Shown here piece after piece: positions 49,868 to 58,967 of a stretch of 64,000 bases of DNA (its first letter is position 1; each line of letters opens with the position of its first letter). The stretch comes from a candidate division FCPU426 bacterium (GTDB lineage Bacteria; Oederibacteriota; Muellerivitia; Muellerivitales; Muellerivitaceae), in contig CAWCKJ010000004.1 of the NCBI GenBank assembly GCA_963796105.1, positions 1,280,001 through 1,344,000 on the forward strand. Reading direction: 5' to 3'. The notes beneath the pieces were generated by a model. It did no database searches, was not told the DNA's origin, and saw only the letters and a list, made by a program, of their open reading frames with translations. The position numbers were made by a program, and so were the translations under genes.

Positions 49868-52405
49868 TCAATTCGAGGTCCATTCAATGTTGTTCAGGTA
49901 AAAGGGCCCGGGGGATGCGTTACTCGCGCAGAGGCCGGTCATGCTGGACCTATATATAATCGCGAACGGATATTGAGTTGTTTGGTATTGGGTAACATTC
50001 GTCGTATAAATCGAACTGATAGGCACTGAAACATGCGTGAATGAATCCGTTGAATAAGCGGAAACGTCCAACGAGACACCCCCACTGTTATAAACGCTTA
50101 TTTGACCATCCAACCCAATTAAATACACGTTTGAAAGGGAAATTAAGGTAACGGGGTCTGAGAGTTCGACGTCAAACTGCAAGTGGCCGGAGGCATAAAA
50201 AGCGGAATAATCCTCCGCGGTGGCCGTACAAATGCTAAATAAACCCAATGGTGGATAACCGCAAAAAGCGCAAAAATCCTCTGGATAAAAAATACCCGTC
50301 AAGGACCCATTCCCCAAAATGGAGGGAATATTGCTCAGGTACCTATATTCTTTCGGGTCACAGTCATTGTCCCAAATGGACATGGGGCAACCCGCCGAAG
50401 TCATGGAGCCTTGCCATGAGTAGAAACTTCCGTTGCTGTAAATGAACTGGGTATTCCCTGTGGGCGTCATGGTCAACGTAGGGGAAAAGGTATAGGTGAA
50501 CGTCGGGGTGGGGTTCGGCGGAGGGGGGGGCGTCAGGGTGAACGTTGGGGTGTCCGGATTGCCACCCGTGTAAGTCGGGGTAAAGGTTTCTATGGGTATC
50601 AATCCCAGATTACTCGTAAATTCATTCACGGCGCAATCACCCTCCTGATCGGCAATGAACAAATCATTCGCGGAATCCAACACCAAATGGGCGGGGAAGC
50701 CAAAACCGTCAATCTCCCCCAAGTATTGCCCTTGGTTTGAGGCAATAACAATTCGCCCATTTTTAGTGTCAGATATATAAAGATTTCCCACCGAATCTAC
50801 CCCGACGCCGTAAATCCACGAGCCAAGCGATTGGTTCCAGTTTGTCCCGTTAAAAGAATTCACATATTGGTATTGCGAGTTGTATTCAGCGATTTCATAT
50901 TCAGTTGCCACATAGAGGTTCCCACTATTGTCCAATGCCACATCAATTGGATTTACCGTAGGACCGCCAGTGGTATAGTTCAGGACGGTATCGTCATCCC
51001 ATGAAACGTTCCAAACCCTGTTTCCATTACCATCGGCGACAACCAGATTTTCATTAGCATCGATCTTGACCCCGTAAGGGTTATAAAAACTTCCTTGGCC
51101 GGTCCAAACATAGTCGCTAACCGCCCCGCTGGGGCCAAGGATATAACCCACCACTCCAACTCCCAATTCGCTGGCATAAAGTTCGCCATTGTTATCTATG
51201 GCTAAACCATAGGTGTTGGCGCTGCTAGAGGGAATGTTGTAAAGCCAAGTGCCCACATTGTTGAATACTTGAATGGTGTCACCGCAACAAGTGGCGATGT
51301 AGCCGTAACCCACCGCAACTCCAACTGGGCAACTACCTCCGGGACCGGGAGTAAGTAGGGCCTGCAAACTCCATGAGCCTAAAGGAAGGCTTGTGGGAGT
51401 AGTTGTGGGAGTATTTGTATTCCCCCCTATGTTGGTGGGTGTGATTGTCGGCGTCAACGTTGATGTGCGTGTGTTCGTGACCGTGGGGGTTATTGTAGGT
51501 GATGACGTGATCGTGTCTGTGAACGTAAGTGTCGCGTGGTACCTGGGAGTCAATGTCAGGGTTACCGTCGGCGTGGGGGTCAGTGTGTCGGTAACAGTAG
51601 GTGTGTTGGTTGGGGTACTAGCATTGCAGAAATTTACATAAATCGAAAATGTATCTCCCACCGTAGACGCACCACCAGGATAGGTCAACGGAAAACTTCC
51701 CCAAGAATACGGCACATAATTAGAATTCCCGCCACTCGTATAGGCAACTTGTGTCGACCCTTGAAGCTGGCAAACCATCCAATATGCTCCGGAGTTTAAA
51801 AATACCGGTGGAACAAAAATTGTGTTCCATCCATTGGTGGCTGTTTGTGCCACAGCTTGAGTAATGAGTCCAACCGGGCCGCCGCTATCCGAATAAATTG
51901 CTGCATTTAATTCCCCAGAAGCATTTTGTAAATATACTGAAATGCTCTGGATGCCTTCATAACCCGGAAGAGATGCCTGGGCGGCCAAGAGATAACCAGC
52001 ACCTGCTGAAGATAAGCTCCCCCCAGCTGTCGTATTTCCCGCTTGCTCCGGGATAAGACAGGAAATATTTGGCGTATAGGTGGCGGTCGGTGTTTGAGTT
52101 TGTGTATTGGTAAAAGTCTTGGTGATGGTTGGAGTAAACGTAATTGTATACGTGGATGTTGCTGTTACTAGGATAGTCACGGGAGTGAAAGAAGGTGAAG
52201 GTGTTGTCGTGTTCGTGGTTGTATCAGTAGCTGTCAAGGTGCCAGGCGGGAAAGTAGGTGAATCTGTGGCTGTCGCCAGGATAGTTACCGGTTTGGGAGA
52301 AGATGGAGAGGAATTATTATTTCCGCAAGCGGTCGGGAATAACGCGAAATAAGCTAAAATTACCAGGCCGAAAATAAAAATAAAAAATGAACGGCACATA
52401 GGCAC
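49868..52405 (-). CDS. Lipoprotein with TP stalks and NHL propeller
   Basis: PTAC lipobox; several TP tracts; GNLYV and GNLYISD repeats. Confidence 0.8.
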   Translation of the reverse strand: MPMCRSFFIFIFGLVILAYFALFPTACGNNNSSPSSPKPVTILATATDSPTFPPGTLTATDTTTNTTTPSPSFTPVTILVTATSTYTITFTPTITKTFTNTQTQTPTATYTPNISCLIPEQAGNTTAGGSLSSAGAGYLLAAQASLPGYEGIQSISVYLQNASGELNAAIYSDSGGPVGLITQAVAQTATNGWNTIFVPPVFLNSGAYWMVCQLQGSTQVAYTSGGNSNYVPYSWGSFPLTYPGGASTVGDTFSIYVNFCNASTPTNTPTVTDTLTPTPTVTLTLTPRYHATLTFTDTITSSPTITPTVTNTRTSTLTPTITPTNIGGNTNTPTTTPTSLPLGSWSLQALLTPGPGGSCPVGVAVGYGYIATCCGDTIQVFNNVGTWLYNIPSSSANTYGLAIDNNGELYASELGVGVVGYILGPSGAVSDYVWTGQGSFYNPYGVKIDANENLVVADGNGNRVWNVSWDDDTVLNYTTGGPTVNPIDVALDNSGNLYVATEYEIAEYNSQYQYVNSFNGTNWNQSLGSWIYGVGVDSVGNLYISDTKNGRIVIASNQGQYLGEIDGFGFPAHLVLDSANDLFIADQEGDCAVNEFTSNLGLIPIETFTPTYTGGNPDTPTFTLTPPPPPNPTPTFTYTFSPTLTMTPTGNTQFIYSNGSFYSWQGSMTSAGCPMSIWDNDCDPKEYRYLSNIPSILGNGSLTGIFYPEDFCAFCGYPPLGLFSICTATAEDYSAFYASGHLQFDVELSDPVTLISLSNVYLIGLDGQISVYNSGGVSLDVSAYSTDSFTHVSVPISSIYTTNVTQYQTTQYPFAIIYRSSMTGLCASNASPGPFYLNNIEWTSN

Positions 52406-52437
52406 CTCACTTTCAATCTAATAGGATGAATTTAATA

Positions 52438-53589
52438 TTACTGGATTTTACGGATCAAATGGTTATCGGTATCCGCAACGTAAACGATCCCTGAATCATC
52501 GGCCACAACCCCTGCGGGCCAATAAAACGACGCGGAGGACCCCGGTCCGTTGGTCGAGCCTTGCGCGCCAGTCCCCGCCAGCGTCGACACCACCCCGTCC
52601 GCCGTAATTTTTCGGATGAGCCTATTCGACGAATCGGCTACGTAAACGCTGCCTGATGAATCGACCGCTACGCCTTCAGGACCACCGAACCCCCCCGCCA
52701 TGGTTGTTACGGAACCACTTGGAGTAATTTTGCGAATTGCATTATTCCCCGAATCCGCAACGTAAACATTTCCGGTTGCGTCGACCGCGATACCCCTGGG
52801 TTGATTAAACCTGGCGATGGACCCTTGCCCCTCGACATATCCACTGGTTACACCAGCTGAACCCGCTAAAGTCGTCACCGCGCCCCCGAGGGTGATTCTC
52901 CGGATTGTATTGTTACCGGTATCCGCTACGTAAACGTTCCCCAGTTGGTCCACAGCCACACCCCAGGGATATTTGAAGGTTGCCAAAGATCCTGGGCCAT
53001 CATCGGACCCGCTAGAACCTGTTCCCGCCAGGGTCGTTGCCGAACCTCCCTGGGGGATTTCCCAAATTACATTTCCATCCGGGAAGTAAATATCCCCGCT
53101 GGAATCGACCGCGACCCCATAGGGGCCGCCGTACCCTCCCGCGAGGGTTGAGACCGCCCCAGCTGGAGTAATTTTACGGATAAGACCGTTATATGTATCC
53201 GCGACGTAAACGTTTCCGGAAGTATCGGCCGCTATCCCAAAAGGAAAATTAAACAGTGCCCCTGATCCGGTCCCGTCAGTGGAGCCGGTAACCCCCGCCG
53301 AACCCGCGAAGGTAGACACCATTCCCCCATTGGTGGGAATGGCAGTTGGCGTATGGGTTGGGGTAAGGGTAGGGGTATTGGATTGCGTCGGGGTGTAGCT
53401 TACGGTCGGAGAATTGGTGATCGTGGGCGAGTTGGTGATCGTCGGTGTTTGGGTAATGGTGGGAGTATTGGTGGGAACGGACTTATTGGGGGAACTGGGA
53501 TTTCCGGAGGATCCGCAGGCAAGCGGCAAAATATTCAAACAAATTATTATAGAAGTAATACAGAAAAACCAAAAGCGACGCAAATCCAC
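52438..53589 (-). CDS. NHL-repeat lipoprotein with TP stalk
   Basis: PLAC lipobox; GVAVD..GNVYVAD..N..IRKI repeats. Confidence 0.88.
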   Translation of the reverse strand: MDLRRFWFFCITSIIICLNILPLACGSSGNPSSPNKSVPTNTPTITQTPTITNSPTITNSPTVSYTPTQSNTPTLTPTHTPTAIPTNGGMVSTFAGSAGVTGSTDGTGSGALFNFPFGIAADTSGNVYVADTYNGLIRKITPAGAVSTLAGGYGGPYGVAVDSSGDIYFPDGNVIWEIPQGGSATTLAGTGSSGSDDGPGSLATFKYPWGVAVDQLGNVYVADTGNNTIRRITLGGAVTTLAGSAGVTSGYVEGQGSIARFNQPRGIAVDATGNVYVADSGNNAIRKITPSGSVTTMAGGFGGPEGVAVDSSGSVYVADSSNRLIRKITADGVVSTLAGTGAQGSTNGPGSSASFYWPAGVVADDSGIVYVADTDNHLIRKIQ

Positions 53590-53675
53590 GGGAAACTCCC
53601 ATTAAAGGTCTAAATAAAATCCGAAAGAGAAAAAGACCTTCGGAAGTCTCCCCTACGATTAGAAACAACCGCCAA

Positions 53676-53704
53676 ATACTACCCCCGATACATATACAGG
53701 TCAA
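53676..53704 (-). promoter_or_regulatory. Sigma70-type promoter
   Basis: TTGACC-17 bp-TAGTAT upstream of the gene starting at 53589. Confidence 0.65.
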
Positions 53705-53894
53705 CAAAGTTAAACGGTTAAGAAAGGGTTTTTCAGGTATTACAGAATTTAATTAGTTCTTTACAGACGAGATTTAACGGAATAGCGCTGTATGACCTGT
53801 ATGAACAGTTCCCTTTAAGCATTATTGGGGGAAAAGACAAAACATCCGCGAGGCAGGAAAAGTTATGAAAAAGCCTGGACAGCTTTAAAGTAAG

Positions 53895-54485
53895 GCGCAG
53901 GTCATCCAAAACCTCAAGTTGAGGATGAGGAAGCCGGCACTGAATCTAAACAGATTCAGCGCTGGTCGCCCGAGAACACCAGTCAAGGGTGATGATTAGC
54001 AGTACAGGTTCACTATGAACCTGTGCCGACCGACCCCAACGGTGTTTATCCGCCCTCGCCCACAACCCCTGTGTTGAGACTTCAAGTCGAAACACGAGAC
54101 TTGGGTGTGCCGAATCATCATTAAAAAGATTCGGTAAAGAGGGGCAAAGGTCGATAATGCCAACTCAATAAGAGTTGGTGACGCCGCCCCTGGATCGGTT
54201 TTCTTCAACGGTGTTTTACGTCTTGGGGAGCTCCGGGGGGAACTGTCTCCCCCGGACTATCGGTTTATCAAAGGGGTAACGTAGGGGGCTTCACTCCTAC
54301 GAGCAGAGCTAGGGGTGTGGGGGGGCGTGGGGATCGCCTTCCTGCGTCGAGGCCACAACCCCTACGCCACAGCCACAAGCCGGGGCGTATGTCTTGGGTG
54401 TGCCGAATCAATTATAAAAAGATTCGGCAAAGAGACGCCTGACTTGGGTGTGCTGGTTCAATAAAGGAACCAGCCACCCGGGCTA
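53895..54485 (+). ncRNA. Candidate large structured non-coding RNA (family unknown)
   Basis: At least 10 consecutive hairpins, an internally duplicated module, G-U pairs mostly favouring the + strand, no credible ORF. Confidence 0.4.
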
Positions 54486-54532
54486 AGTGAGGATTTAAGG
54501 GAGAGGGTTTGCTACAGGTAGGAAAAATTTAT

Positions 54533-54760
54533 TTATTTTTTAGGCAATACCAGGGGGGAAACCTGTTTCGCTCCCCTCTTGGCTGTCCCACTGATCTTAC
54601 GGACAGGCTTGGCCTTTTTAATATGGCGACCCATAGAATGGTCCCTCTCGTGTTCAAGGACCCACTGGGGTTTTTCGATTCTCCGTGGGGTCTGCGCCCA
54701 GACCATAGTCCCTACTACCGCCGTGAATAGGATGACAACCGCCAATAGAATCTTTTTCAT
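54533..54760 (-). CDS. Small basic secreted protein
   Basis: MKKILLAVVILFTAVVGTMVWA|Q signal; K/R-rich; GGAG RBS. Confidence 0.65.
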   Translation of the reverse strand: MKKILLAVVILFTAVVGTMVWAQTPRRIEKPQWVLEHERDHSMGRHIKKAKPVRKISGTAKRGAKQVSPLVLPKK

Positions 54761-54825
54761 GGTTTTAACTCCACAGATTTGATTTGGATTGCCTTCCACA
54801 TTCAAAATTTGAATCATTTCGTTAA

Positions 54826-55899
54826 TTATTCCAGGTTGCATCCCGCAGCCCTGAGTTCCGCTTCCTCGGTCAGCACGTTCGGGCTCGTAAGTGGGTTGCC
54901 GGTTAGTACAGAAACAATGGTTGCGTTGTTTCCAAGCCCAGAATTGTTCACCAGGGGCTGTAAATCCACAATTTGGTTATTGTTCAAGAACAAATCTTCC
55001 AGGTGCATCAACCCAGAAAGGGGTGTGAGGTCGCTGATCTGGTTGTATGAAAGGTATAGATATCCCAAATGCGTCAGTCCAGACAGGACAGTTATGGTGG
55101 TGATTTGGTTGTTCTCGAGAACCAAGTAATAAATTTGCGTCAAATTGGACAGGATTGAAATGTCGCTGACCTGGTTATCGGCAAGGTTCAGGTATCCCAA
55201 TTGCGTCAGTCCAGACAGTGCCGAGATGTCGCTGATCTGATTAGAAGATAGGTCCAATTCCATCAAATTTGTAAGGTTGGATAAGGGAGCAAGATCGGCG
55301 ATTTGGTTGTTGTTGAGGCTTAAGTACTGCAACCCCGTGAGGCCAGCGATGGGAGTGAGATCGGTGATATGGTTGCCGTTGAGGCTCAAGTTCGTCACTG
55401 CGGAACAATATTCCAACCCTTCCAGGTTGGTGACGCCGTCGGAATTAAAATACAAATCGGTAATGGTGGCCATGTCACATTGGGTAATGATATCTGAGGT
55501 GCTTGCAATGATTCCGTTGTTAATCAATACGGTTTGGACTGCCGACAAAAGGTTGGGGTCCGGAATATTCACTGGTAAAGAACAAGCAACTGTGGGATTA
55601 ACCGTGACGGTGATCGTCGGGGTATAGGTCGAGGTCCCCGTTGGAGTAATCGTAGGCGTATATGTAATGGTAAGGGTGTTTGTAGGAGTGGAGGTGATCG
55701 TCGGTGTGATAGTTGGAGTGTTGGTGGAAGTATTTATGGGTACAGGGGTATTGCTTAAACTCGGGGTTGGACTGGGCGTGATGGTGGGGCTGGAGGAGGG
55801 TGGAACCGCCGCGGATCCACTGGCCATAAAATTGTGGGTACAAGCCATCGTAAGAATACTTAATCCCAAAAACAGAAATAGGCACTTTTTCATATTCAT
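54826..55899 (-). CDS. Internalin-like leucine-rich repeat lipoprotein with TP stalk
   Basis: TMAC lipobox; 22-aa LxxLxLxxNQIxDLxxL repeats; IPDPNL cap. Confidence 0.88.
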   Translation of the reverse strand: MNMKKCLFLFLGLSILTMACTHNFMASGSAAVPPSSSPTITPSPTPSLSNTPVPINTSTNTPTITPTITSTPTNTLTITYTPTITPTGTSTYTPTITVTVNPTVACSLPVNIPDPNLLSAVQTVLINNGIIASTSDIITQCDMATITDLYFNSDGVTNLEGLEYCSAVTNLSLNGNHITDLTPIAGLTGLQYLSLNNNQIADLAPLSNLTNLMELDLSSNQISDISALSGLTQLGYLNLADNQVSDISILSNLTQIYYLVLENNQITTITVLSGLTHLGYLYLSYNQISDLTPLSGLMHLEDLFLNNNQIVDLQPLVNNSGLGNNATIVSVLTGNPLTSPNVLTEEAELRAAGCNLE

Positions 55900-56084
55900 C
55901 CGCTTTGACGCCTTTTTATTACCTTCAATAGTATACGTCGAAGGTGGAGGTTTTATTCCATGGTTTCACTGATTAAATAAAAAAATCTTTATGGGGTAAG
56001 AACAGGTCTTTTACAAGCCAACCCCCCCGGAATACCCCTATTCCGGCGCATCTTCGTTCATTCCGGCATAATATGAAGCCGGGA

Positions 56085-56990
56085 TTAATATGTCGCCTGG
56101 TTGAAACTTCCGGGTTGGCCCGGCTGAGCGGGAGAAACCGCTGTGCCGCCTTGAACGGAATAGGTTCCGCTAAAATTATTAACCGAGTGGGATGAAAGAA
56201 CAATAATTCCACCACCTCCACCACCCGAGTTGTCGGCCCTAGCGCTGGTATCCGCGATGCCTGATCCTCCGTTGGCCTGTAAATATCCACTTCCTTCAAT
56301 GTCGTTGGCCATAATATAAATAGACCCTCCTGATCCCGACCCTGGTAATCCCCCCGAACAATTAATACTATCCCCCCCATTCGCACTCACCAAACCGTTA
56401 AAGGTTGCCGATCCATTAGGTGCTTGTATTAAAATCATCCCACCGCCTGGCCTCCCTCCTATCGGGCAAGTTCCACTCCCACCCGGACTTCCTCCATAGG
56501 ACGGGGCCATTGTATTGTCATAAGCCGCTCCTCCAGCATTCCCAAGACCATCCTGCCCTCCTGTTCCTCCGTGCCCGGCACCAGCACTGCTGGTTAAATT
56601 AGCCGGTGTTCCCGTTGTTCCGTTAGTGCTTCCTGCTGTTAAAGTACTTCCGCTGTCCATGACGAAATAATTAGAAACATTTAAGGTTACCGATCCCCCT
56701 GCTAAGGTCCCTCCCGCAGCTATGTGGATATAGGAATAAGAGAAGGTTCCACCGCCGATGCTAACCCAGGAAGTAATATCCCAGCCACCGGGAGTGGCAC
56801 TTGGGGTCACTGTTGCCGTGTTAGTGGGAGTTGTGGTCATTGTTTGGGTTAATGTCATTGTAGCCGTATAAGTGGAGGTTGCAGCTACGGCTGGTGCAGG
56901 AGGTGGTGCGGAACTAATTTTTCTCTCACATCCGTAAAATCCCAGCACAATGAGGGCCAAACAAACAAAAAATGTATTTAAAAACCTCAT
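56085..56990 (-). CDS. Glycine-rich lipoprotein with T-rich stalk
   Basis: FYGC lipobox; GAGHGG, GGGMILI, SANGG, GSGGSIYI repeats. Confidence 0.8.
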   Translation of the reverse strand: MRFLNTFFVCLALIVLGFYGCERKISSAPPPAPAVAATSTYTATMTLTQTMTTTPTNTATVTPSATPGGWDITSWVSIGGGTFSYSYIHIAAGGTLAGGSVTLNVSNYFVMDSGSTLTAGSTNGTTGTPANLTSSAGAGHGGTGGQDGLGNAGGAAYDNTMAPSYGGSPGGSGTCPIGGRPGGGMILIQAPNGSATFNGLVSANGGDSINCSGGLPGSGSGGSIYIMANDIEGSGYLQANGGSGIADTSARADNSGGGGGGIIVLSSHSVNNFSGTYSVQGGTAVSPAQPGQPGSFNQATY

Positions 56991-57271
56991 AAACAGCCTC
57001 CTGGTATCACCTTTACTTCTTATCCTTATAGTGATGACCAAGAACTGTTTATTCCATCTCCTATCGTTTTTATTTCTTGGATTTACGGTCTTTGGATGGG
57101 TTTTAAAGCTTTTAAAAACGAATTTTAAGAAAATATTAAAAGAACTTAAATTCGAACGGAATTAGCGCAGGCCATCCGAGACCATTATCCGCCTTCACCC
57201 TCCAGGTGAAGGGCGACGGTTGATAATGCCAACTCCATAAAAGTTGGTACAAGTCGAGCAAAACAACCATA

Positions 57272-57638
57272 GGGGTCAGGCCATCATTCATCACTTTACA
57301 AATGGTGTGAGTTGTTTACAATGCCCTAATGCCAAGACCTAAACGGATCCATTATGAAGGGGCGGTTTACCATGTGACCTCGCGCGGTAATGAAAGGCGA
57401 AAGATTGTTATGAATGACGCCGACCGCTGGATGTTTATTCGGTTATTGGGGGAAATGGTTGAAGAGAATGATGTGTTATGTCACGCTTGGGTGTTGATGG
57501 ATAATCATTACCATTTGATGCTGGAAACCCCAAGCGCGAATTTATCAACAGCCATGAAACATTTAAACGCCCAATACACACAAAAATTCAATAAAAAGCA
57601 TTATCGGAACGGGCATTTGTTCCAGGGGCGGTATAAGG
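57272..57638 (+). pseudogene. Left TIR plus 5' half of the Y1 transposase (near-identical to 57784-58150)
   Basis: Same sequence up to GHLFQGRYK, then unrelated DNA. Confidence 0.88.
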
Positions 57639-57783
57639 ACAAAAAACTAAAATTTGAAAAATTCTTTTTTATTATTGTTTTGTTTCTAAACGCTTTCACA
57701 TGGAATATTTTGTTTTGTGAAGCAGGCCCGATTCAACCCCTTTCTGCTGTTACCATCATGTTGGATCAACCTAACAAACCATA

Positions 57784-58798
57784 GGGGTCAGGCCATCATT
57801 CATCACTTTACAAATAGTGTGAGTTGTTTACAATGTCCTAATGCCAAGGCCTAAACGGATCCATTATGAGGGGGCGGTTTACCATGTAACCTCGCGCGGT
57901 AATGAACGGCGAAAGATTGTTATGAATGACGCCGACCGCTGGATGTTTATTCGGTTATTGGGGGAAATGGTTGAAGAGAATGGTGTGTTATGTCACGCTT
58001 GGGTATTGATGGATAATCATTACCATTTGATGCTGGAAACCCCAAGCGCGAATTTATCAACAGCCATGAAACATTTAAACGCCCAATACACACAAAAATT
58101 CAATAAAAAGCATTATCGGAATGGGCATTTGTTCCAGGGGCGGTATAAGGCCATTATTGTGGAGAAAGACAGTTATTTAAAGGAATTAAGCCGGTATGTG
58201 GTATTGAATCCGGTAAGGGCCCGGATGGTAAAACACCCCAAAGACTGGAAGTGGAGTAGTTATCGGGCGACAGCGGGATTTGATAGGGCGGAAAAATGGC
58301 TGAAAGTGGACTGGTTATTAGGGCAGTTTGGAAAGGAAAGAAAAAAGGCGCAAAAATCATACAGGACTTTTGTGGAAGAGGGGATGGGGAAGAAAGAAAA
58401 GCCTTGGGATGATTTGTATTCGCGTATATACCTGGGTGGTAAGGAGTTTTTGGAAAAAGTCCACGAAGTAGGGCAACGTCACAAACATTTGGATGTACCG
58501 AAATATCAGAAACACGTGGTAAAGCAAGATCCGAAAGAAGTGCTGGAGAAAGTAGGGAGAATGTATGGCGAAAAACCGGAGGAAATATTGAGAGCAGGCA
58601 AAAGGGAGTCGGAAGCCCGGGATATGGCGATATATTTATTAAAGAGAAAATCAGGAATGAGTTCCAAGGCGATAGGAATGAAGATGGGGGTGGGGGAAAG
58701 CGCGGTGGGAAACCGATTGATGAAGATCAAAAAAAGGTTGGCGGAAGACGAAAAATTTGCACGAAAGCTGATAAAGTGATGAATGATGGCCTGACCCC
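57784..58798 (+). mobile_element. Y1 HUH transposase element with perfect 27-bp TIRs
   Basis: GGGGTCAGGCCATCATTCATCACTTTA (57784-57810) / TAAAGTGATGAATGATGGCCTGACCCC (58772-58798). Confidence 0.85.
57841..58779 (+). CDS. REP-associated-type (Y1_Tnp) tyrosine transposase with C-terminal DnaA_C-like HTH
   Basis: YHVTSRGN, MDNHYHL (HUH), GHLFQGRY, RYVVLNPVRA, WSSY, C-terminal HTH. Confidence 0.92.
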   Translation: MPRPKRIHYEGAVYHVTSRGNERRKIVMNDADRWMFIRLLGEMVEENGVLCHAWVLMDNHYHLMLETPSANLSTAMKHLNAQYTQKFNKKHYRNGHLFQGRYKAIIVEKDSYLKELSRYVVLNPVRARMVKHPKDWKWSSYRATAGFDRAEKWLKVDWLLGQFGKERKKAQKSYRTFVEEGMGKKEKPWDDLYSRIYLGGKEFLEKVHEVGQRHKHLDVPKYQKHVVKQDPKEVLEKVGRMYGEKPEEILRAGKRESEARDMAIYLLKRKSGMSSKAIGMKMGVGESAVGNRLMKIKKRLAEDEKFARKLIK

Positions 58799-58806
58799 AT
58801 TGTTCC

Positions 58807-58967
58807 GGGGTGGGGGAAAGCGCGGTGGGAAACCGATTGATGAAGATCAAAAAAAGGTTGGCGGAAGACGAAAAGTTTGCACGAAAGCTGATAAAGTGAT
58901 GAATGATGGCCTGACCCCATTGTTCTTGAGGAAAAGATTCGTAATGCTGTTTTCAAGACCTGACCCT
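58807..58967 (+). repeat. Stacked extra right ends: 120-bp-period duplication of the 3' end, then the 3' end of the second transposase variant
   Basis: 58807-58918 repeats 58687-58798; 58925-58970 matches 45848-45893. Confidence 0.88.

Noticed and set aside
53895..54485. RNase P RNA, tmRNA or group II intron
   Set aside because: Their universal motifs (GAGGAAAGTCC, tRNA-like ends, domain V) were not found
45890..56990. Diversity-generating retroelement acting on the lipoproteins
   Set aside because: No reverse transcriptase and no TR/VR pair differing only at adenines
44143..57271. Classical integron cassette array
   Set aside because: No tyrosine integrase and no recurring RYYYAAC..GTTRRRY attC sites seen
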